DNA of 64,000 bases from Auanema rhodensis (taxonomy: Eukaryota; Animalia; Nematoda): positions 11,966,001-12,030,000 of the forward strand of contig OZ059897.1 in NCBI GenBank assembly GCA_964057225.1, written 5' to 3'. The notes below the pieces were generated by a model. That model was not told where the DNA came from, did not search any database, and was given only the letters and a program-made list of their open reading frames with translations. The position numbers were made by a program, and so were the translations under genes. Below, piece by piece: positions 52,294 to 64,000 of the stretch; the stretch's first letter is position 1, and each line of letters begins with the position of its first letter.

Positions 52294-52609
52294 TTAGAGA
52301 TGAGATGCTAACTCTATGTATGTAGGTGCATGCACATCCATACCTGTATATGTTCCAAAATCATTTTGATTATATTCTATTATATATAATTTCAATCCAG
52401 TATGATTTAAAATCATATTATTGACATATACATAAGTAACACATTCTATAAATATGTATATATATATGAATATATTTATGTATTTTAGAGAAAAAGAAAT
52501 TAAAATCTTCAAATTAATTATAAAACAAAAATAAATTACCTTCTGAATTTTCATTTCCATCAGTTGTTAGAAAAGAGTTTAAAAGAAATATGATCAAATA
52601 GATGTACAT
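52294..52609 (-). CDS. Tentative small secreted protein, or 5' exons of a decayed gene
   Basis: MYIYLIIFLLNSFLTTDG signal-peptide-like exon (52540-52609) splices in frame across GT-AG intron 52446-52539 to ECVTYVY..ELASHL*, about 73 aa. Confidence 0.35.
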
Positions 52610-53756
52610 TAATCTTTGTTTTATAGAAATTATAGTTTTAGCAAGTATCTTAGGATTTAGGTAGAACAGAATCTATATTTTAAAGCATTCAACCATATAA
52701 AATAATAGCAAGCTAGTTGCCTTGGATTTTTTTTTTCAAAATATTGCTACAATATATTCAAATATTTTGAATATTATTACATACATATTGGTTGACATCT
52801 TTAAACAACTAAAGTCAAGAAATAATCGAAAGCTATAATATTAAAAGAAAAATTTAAACAAGATATAGGTATAGCTTTAGTATAAATGTAATTTTTTTTA
52901 TAAAAAAAAATAATTAAAAGAATATTTCTCCAAATATACTTTAATAAATTTAAAAAAATATTTTATCTTATCAATATATAATATTTATACATCTAAACGT
53001 GTGTCTATCTGTGTATAATGCTGTTTGCTCTTTGTTCAATCGATTCTCTTGTAAATACACAAAAGGACCACGTTTGTATAAAGTTAAGTACTTTACTAAC
53101 AAATTTCTTGAAAATCTTGTTCACAAACTGCTTTTTTAAAATTAAATTTTTCTCTTCTTCACACCATCATTTCGGAATTAAACGTGAAGTTTAGATTCTA
53201 TGGATTTCTGTTTTTGACTGTTAGATTTAGATTACAATCTCTATGTTTCGTTGACGTGCCTTCAGGTCGTTGTTATTCGAAAATAAACCTATTTGATTTT
53301 ACATATATAGATATAGATATAGATATATTTTATATTTTTTGTATGAAAATATCTTTTATTTTTGTTTTAAATTGTTATTATTTAGCATTTGAGCATTTGA
53401 AAATTGCCTCAAATTGTATGAATTTTGTTGGGATGAAACAAATTTAATTTCCATAATTTTTCTTATATTGTCATGACAACGGTTTCATAATTATTTTGCG
53501 TTATGCTTGAAAAGATATGATAAGTAACTATGTAAAATATTTTTATATTTTGATTTAACTTCTTCAAATTTAATTTTCTTTTTCAATTATAGTTATTATA
53601 ATATATGTAATTTTCATTCAAATAAAAAAGAAAGGCCTTGAGATGAGTAGTATTAACCTGTTTCTATACTTATTTTGATCAAAAGTGTTCTTCTATTCAA
53701 TCTAATTTTATTTATTCAAAATACTATAATTGTCTTATTTTCAGATTTCAAGAAAT

Positions 53757-54978
53757 ATGTTAGAAGTGGTTCATTCAAGATTTAATCCCTCACATCTGTA
53801 TGTATCAGCTGTTTTTGTCATTTTATGTATTTGGTTCTTTATTCGAGATAGTGTAAGTTTATTATTTATATTATATAGTATATATGATTCATATAATCTT
53901 TCTAATCTTTCTATAAAATCTTATTTTTTATAAGAAAAAAATCTTTTTTTTTCCTCAAAAATATTTATTTACGCACTTTAACTTCCAAAGATCTAACATA
54001 TATTGAATACATTTTCTAAAGATCTAACATGAACTTTGCTCTAGTTTTTAAAAATTGTTTCGACAGTTCATTACATACGGTTACAGTAAAGCTTGAACTT
54101 AAACTTTACACCTCTTGATTAATACGTGGAAAATAGAAAATCTTTTATGTTTATTTCAAGGACCTATCACGACATATTGTAGTCAACCATATTTTAGCTA
54201 CAAAACTTTATCTAGTTGATTCAATGATATTATAGAAACACGTGCTAATTTCTGTTATTTCTTATCGTACTTCCTGTTTTTAGATATTTTTAAGATTATT
54301 CAGTTCATTGTTTTATATTTCTTTTCAACATTTTTCATTGTTTAGGATGACGGGTACTTATGGAAGCCATGTGTAGTTGACTACAGATTAGAAGAATATC
54401 ATGAAAAATGGCAAAAATGTGTTCAAGAACATTCAAAGAACTTTGGATATGATGCTCAACAGGTTTAAAACTTATATAGCTTATCCAATGATCATATACA
54501 ATATTTCAGTACTTAGATAAGCTATCAGATATATTACAAACATGTGAATCATCTTATACAATATTAAATTATAGTAAAATATTAAATGGAGAAGTTTGTG
54601 TTTGAGTTTTATTGAAATCAAGAATATTCTTTAAGATCCCTAAAACACAAGCTGCACCTGCTTCATATCTTCCAGATTCACTTTATATGTACTATAGGGG
54701 CAACCCTGTGGCAGATAAAGAAGGTGAAAATACCTGTGTTGTAGAATCAAAGGTAAAAGAAACTTAAAAAATTCCAAAAGATTAAAATAATTTTTTTTTT
54801 GTTTCAGTTTTTATACAAAGGATTTTCTGATGTCGAATATCGTTCAATTCGTAATGCAATTGTCCGAATTATAATTGAAAATCAATTCTTCATATATCTA
54901 AATAATAAAACTTCAACATTATATCTTATAAATGTTTGTAGAAGTGATTGTGTCACACAATATATTGCTCAATATTAA
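53757..54978 (+). CDS. Small type II membrane protein, five exons, about 195 aa
   Basis: MLEVVHSRFNPSHLYVSAVFVILCIWFFIRDS / DDGYLWKPC..YHEKWQKCV / YLDKLSDILQTCE / ..NTCVVESK / ..YLINVCRSDCVTQYIAQY*. All introns are phase-0 GT-AG. Confidence 0.78.
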
Positions 54979-56564
54979 CTATTCATTCTCATCTCATCTC
55001 TTTCTTTTTCTTTTTAATTTTTCTTTTATAAGTTTGTATATAATTTTGTATTTATTTTCTATTTATACGGGTCTTTTACATATCTACTAATCAAAAGCTA
55101 TGTTTCAATTATACAAAGCTTTTACAATATTTTTCTTATTTTAAAGAATTTCCCAATCTTATCAATGTTTCCTTATCTTCATAAACTTTATGTTTCGTGA
55201 TCTCTTGATCGTTTTTTTTTTGGGAAATTCTACTTCAACAACGACATGACAGTTTCAAACATTTTTCGAAAATATTTCAAAACTATCAATTAATATATTA
55301 TTTTTGGTCATTTCCTGTTTATTATCATTTAAAATTAAAATAATATATTAAGTATTACATTTAAAACCCTTAATCAGACATACAAAAAAAGTTTTTGGAT
55401 GACGATGGAAAAGCTGATGATGATACTGAAAAGAGAAACAGGGTTATGTAGTGTTATAGAGAGAATATTGTAGTAATAATGCCGATATATTATTGATTTT
55501 GTAAGACAAAAAGAGCAAATCATTAATGAAAATTGAAATTATTAGAGAATTTACTCGTTTTTCTTCTTCTAAATCAACTAGTTAGTCGCTTTTTTTATTT
55601 TGGAAAACACCATTACAAAATGTCAACAAATCATGTTCAGGTTTGGTGTTTCAATAAAAATGCTAAATCGATTAAACCTGCTAAAACTTTAATGAAATTG
55701 AGCAGGAAAGTATCTGTTTTGCGAGAGGCTTTTTCAAATAATTTTTGAACATTTCTTTGAAAAAGTATTTTTTTAACGGAACTAAATGTCGTCTAACGGC
55801 CTTCGCTCGTATCATTAAGACATCACACCACGTGTTTCAATCGAACAAGTATGAAGACATGAAATGATTTGAAAAATTATATTCTTTCCCTATTTCTTTG
55901 AAAATTCATCTATTATCAGAAATAGAAAATAAGTTGTTTATATGCATTTGTTTCCATCCTCGTACGCAACCCCCCCCACCCCATCACTACCATCATCATT
56001 ACTACCACCCACCCTGTCTTGTCAGCGAGCTTCATCATGGAGCAGGAGTGAAGAGAAGTATGAAAGAGAAGCAAACTGGTTATGGGTCTGTATTATGATC
56101 ATTACTACACATTATTCATGAAACCACGGAAGAAAAGGCTAATTGTCTGTTTTCTTTCAAGGTGGGAAAGTCCAGATACAGAATGAAATGAAATAAACAT
56201 AACTTTTGAATACAAGAAATGATTCAATCACGTAACCCCATGATCATGCTGCTATCTATATCATAGGTGCGTGAGATCTTTAAACTTTGAATGTTCGAAA
56301 AGCGATAATTTTGATCAAACTAACAGTGTCATGTTAAAGATAATTCGATTGTCTTATTTTTTTCGTTTCCTTGAAATTAAGTACAATAAAAGATTTCAGA
56401 GAATGTGCATTAAACCGTAATAATTGCATCATTTTCTCTTCTTTCTAAGTCATCCTCTTTCTACTTATTTTTCTCTCCCTAGCTGTTCGCTCTCTCTCTT
56501 TATCTCACTAATTCCATATTTGCTTTTTTCTCTTCATCGAGAAAACAATAAGGAAAGGAATATA

Positions 56565-56613
56565 AGAGAGAGAGAGAAAGAGAGAGAGAGAGAAAGAGAG
56601 GGAGAGAGAGAGA
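56565..56613. repeat. (GA)n-rich microsatellite
   Basis: Imperfect GA dinucleotide run. Confidence 0.85.
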
Positions 56614-57113
56614 GGGGGGAAGACTGGTAGTTTCGGGTTTTCTTAATAGCCAACTTTCTTAAAGAGATCACAACGATTGTTATTATCCTTCAATATTATC
56701 AGAATACATTGACCAGTCAAGAAGATAGTGAAGATGATAATGAAGAAGAAGCAAATATATTTGTAATTATTTATTATTTTCATAAAAGATTAAAATTTTA
56801 GAGTAAAATAGTTGAAATATTTTTGAGAATACTAATATCATTTGATCATAGCTTAAAGAATTTTAACAAATAAAATTTAAAAAAATGAATAACATAAGAA
56901 TATATAATAGTACATAAATGATAAATTTATAAAACGATTTGTAAGAATAAATAAGTTTTTGTTTGATAAAAAACTATATTATTCAAGTTTTATATGAAAA
57001 AGATTTTTGGCTTAGATTACATTATGACAACGATGACATATATGTCCTTTCATTCTGATGTCTTCATGTTTGTGCTTTGTTCTACATAATTCGTTAATGT
57101 TGATCAAAGTCCA

Positions 57114-57150
57114 AGAAGAAGAATAAGAAGAAGAAGAAGAAGAAGAAGAA
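57114..57150. repeat. (GAA)n microsatellite
   Basis: GAA trinucleotide run with one interruption. Confidence 0.85.
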
Positions 57151-58666
57151 TAATAGAAGAACTTTATTATAAAAATAATTATAAACAAGAATGTATTCTA
57201 GAAATTTCGATTGATCTTACAGATTCTACGTTCAAACTAAGTTTATTATCGAATCTATACAATCATTCGATTAACTCATTTGATTTAATCAGCGTTCCGT
57301 TTTTACTTAATTTCTAACATTTTTCACTTTGAATTTTAAAGAATTATCTAACATTTAACTTCCTAATCATCTTTAGAATTATTTTGAAAATTTTTTTTTG
57401 CAAGATGTCAATCTTTTTTTCGTTTTATTTCAAATTTTTTGAACGCGGATCAATAATCCTCAACGTCAAAATTTTGATCAAATCAGTCAGAGATGTGTTG
57501 ATGTGAGAATGTGAACAATCAAATATAATATGACGTCAATTATTGGATAAACTAATGCTTCATTTCAAAATTCAATTGATCTTTTCTGATCTCTTACTGA
57601 TCTTTTGATAATTTTGATAAGAAATTTTTTGATTTTCTATATATAAATATTTTTTTTCTTTTGAACAAATCAAAATATTTAAAAAACATTCCATTTTTAT
57701 TCAAAAAAACATTCTTTGTTCTTTAAAATTATAAAAAACATTATTTTAAAGATCATTACAGTCTATGTAATTATCTTTGCAAAAAAAAATTTTTTTATAA
57801 AGTTATTTTTAGAAATGCTACTACTAGCATATGCTGCTATGATCCTTCTGTATGTTTTTCAAATATTTTTTTTAAAACAAAATATTAAAATATTTTTATA
57901 AAAACAACTTCAAATAATATTTAAAAGTAATAATTAATTTTTTTTGAGTAATATTCAACGTTCAAATAGATCATTTATTGATTTTTTTTGTGTTAAAATG
58001 CTGTTTGAATGCTCATAAGAGAGATGGTGACAGGCGCTTCGTTCCTCGAACCTTGTCCTCCTATTGAAATTTTCTTAACACTTGCTGTGTCCAATGTCAT
58101 TGAACTCTCAAATTTCTTCAAAATTCTCGATAAAGATAGATTAGAGATTATTGATCTGATATTATTATCTTTAATAATTTACTTCATCATCGTTAAACTT
58201 AATATTCTTTTTTGATTTTCAACGCTTTTCTTGTTTATAACGACTTTTTTAATTGTTCAATAATGAAAATCATAATATTATATTAGTCTTTATTTACTTT
58301 TATTCACTTTTTTCTGTATTTAGAACAATGAAATAATTATCTTATCGTCTAGTTCAAAACGAAAATCAATATTTGGATCACACCATTATTCCACTAGCTT
58401 CGACCACGTGGTCCATCTTCACCTACACCATTTTGATTTAGCCACAAAAAAAAAGTTTTCCATGACATGAAGCTTTAGACATAACGAGCACACATTTGGC
58501 AACGAAATGATTTCGAAAGGGTGGGACACAATTATCTACAGAGAGATAGAAAGAAAAAGAAATGTTTTGCATCATCCATAAAAGAGATGCTTCAAGAATA
58601 ATATTTCAGTTATTATTATTTCTTCATTTTACCTCCTCTCTCTTTCTCTCTCTCTCTCTTTCTCTC

Positions 58667-59430
58667 AACCTGTCAACCTCCCTCTCTCTTTCTCTCTCTC
58701 CTTTTAAGCCAATCATATTACTAATTACTTTGGATTTGTATACAATTGTTTTTGTTTGTTTGAGTTTTTTTTTTGAATCAAAGCATTTTAAAGTTTCAAT
58801 TGTTTATTCATTATAATGAAAACATTCTTCTGTTATTTCATAGGCAATATAACTATCGTACAGCTTGTGTTCTGATGAGATCTTCCGGGTCATATGTCTT
58901 CTTGCAAACGAAACTTTTATTTTTACGTTTAATGCTATATAACTATTCTTAGTACCACTTTTACTAGTACTAGACACTACTAATGCTAATACTACAACTA
59001 CTGTTTGTGCTAATTTCTCAAATTTTAAAGGAAAATTTCAGCAATTTGCGATGAACTTATCGTTGTATGTTTTCTTAAAAGCTATTGTGGGATTGCCCCA
59101 ACTCTATACAAAGATTAAATAGTCGACTTCTCGATCTGTTTCTTTTTTCTTTTTTTTTTCAATTTTCTGATTGTCCTTTCATTTAGGTTTAAACAAATCT
59201 TTTAAGGAACATGTCTTATTCCATTTTTTTTGTCTTTTTTCTAAATCAAGTAAGAGACAAATTAGGTGATCATTACTTTAATTTCAGTAATTTTTTAATT
59301 AGTTTTCTGATTTTTCTGTCTTTTTCTTTGTCTTTTGATTACTCTCTTCTTTTCACTCTACAATACACGCTCTCTCTCTCTTAACCTGTCAACCTCTCTC
59401 TGTCTCACTCTCTCTTAACCTGTCAACCTC
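58667..59430. promoter_or_regulatory. Three copies of AACCTGTCAACCTC upstream of mak-1
   Basis: Exact 14-mer at 58667-58680, 59383-59396 and 59417-59430, each next to a CT-repeat tract; minus strand contains TGACAGGT. Confidence 0.5.
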
Positions 59431-60634
59431 TCATTCTATTTTATGAACAGTTTGAGTCTCCAATTATCTATTTAACAACATTTTCTGCAACATGTTCACA
59501 TCTATCATCATAATAGAATGATGCGATGGTGCCATCTTTTGTTTTATCGAGCACACTCCAATCCTCCTCAACTTCACAACATCATCATCGATTGGCATAG
59601 AACATTTTTTGTGATCATCTGATCAAATCATTTCTTTTTTCATCTTCTCTTTTCACTTATTTTCTACAAAATTTTATTTATTCAAAACATATGTTTGTTT
59701 CTTATTCGATATTATCATCTATATATGGACTTTGTCCTTCATTATACTCCAAATTGCTGTTTTCTCTCGAATCTATCTATACATACAATAGTCTCAGTTT
59801 GTCCTTTCTGCATTGTCCAGCTTTCCGATAAGATTAGCAATCGTACTGATTACTTCACCCACTCTTTGTCTGTATTGCTATCCTCGTGTTTCGCTATCTC
59901 TTCTGATGGACCCAGTACTATTCATATCTTTCATTGTTCATTTGTATATTTCTTTTATTATTTAAATATAAATTATAATCTTTTTTACTTTTAATGTTAA
60001 TTTTTTTATTTGATTTTGCTATGTCTTCATCTTCTTTCTATCTCTATTCATTCGTCTATACTCGGCATTTTCTATGTTATTTTATTTATTTTCAAATTAG
60101 TAAAATGAGCTTAGACTTCTGATCAAATAAACACAATTGAGTACGTTCTGTCGTGTGACGACCCTTAGTAGGTGGAGCTAACTCTGGTCTCCACCCATCT
60201 CCAGGCAGTCTCTATTCCGGTCTTTTCATGTATTTAGGGAGTCCCCCCTTCAAATAGAAGTCAACTTCTTGTTCTCTCTCACTCTCTCTCAATCCTTGTC
60301 TCATATTACCTTTATATTTTTATTTCTATTGCTACATTGCCAGATGATATCCAAAACGTTTAGCTTCAACAATCAATACATTAATCATTTTAGGAAAAAT
60401 TGGTATAATGAATGATTGTACTTTCTTCTCTTTCTCATTGAATTGCTCACTCCACCCCTTTCCTTCTTCTTGCTGTCTCTCTGTTCTTCATGTAGCACAG
60501 CCGTATTCGTTTACACACAGCGCTTCTATTCGTTTTCTCATTATACACAACATTTCGTTTATATAAACAAACTGTTCAGTAATACATTCATTTTAGCTTC
60601 TTCTCCTCCTTCTCTTTCAAAATCTACTTTCAAT

Positions 60635-64000
<3,366 letters not shown>

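Overview
AT-rich, intron-dense genomic DNA from a rhabditid (clade V-like) nematode; most introns are about 40-60 nt, so the ORF track shows only exon fragments. Manual splicing gives, in order: an srh-like 7TM chemoreceptor with a Merlin-like element (8-bp target duplication, internal 176-bp tandem repeat) in intron 2; two diverged MLT-10 moulting genes flanking a near-identical three-exon duplicate; an unassigned gene; a Nup88-like gene just downstream of a tiny cdc-26 (probable operon), divergent from rbm-28; a Cys-glutathione peroxidase; a BRAT1 homologue; elo-9; nsun-5; nmr-1; dmd-4; ArfGAP2/3; an nhr-5-like receptor; a small type II membrane protein; and mak-1, cut by the window end. The most striking structure is a complete, nearly intronless METTL2-type tRNA m3C methyltransferase gene lying on the same strand inside intron 1 of the rRNA m5C methyltransferase nsun-5. 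An in-frame acceptor could let both enzymes share exon 1. Also notable: an NMDA receptor subunit ending in a LITAF zinc-binding membrane-anchor domain, gene-conversion tracts among mlt-10 copies, frequent AAG acceptors and three GC-AG introns. Gene names come from recognising protein motifs from memory; no database searches were run.
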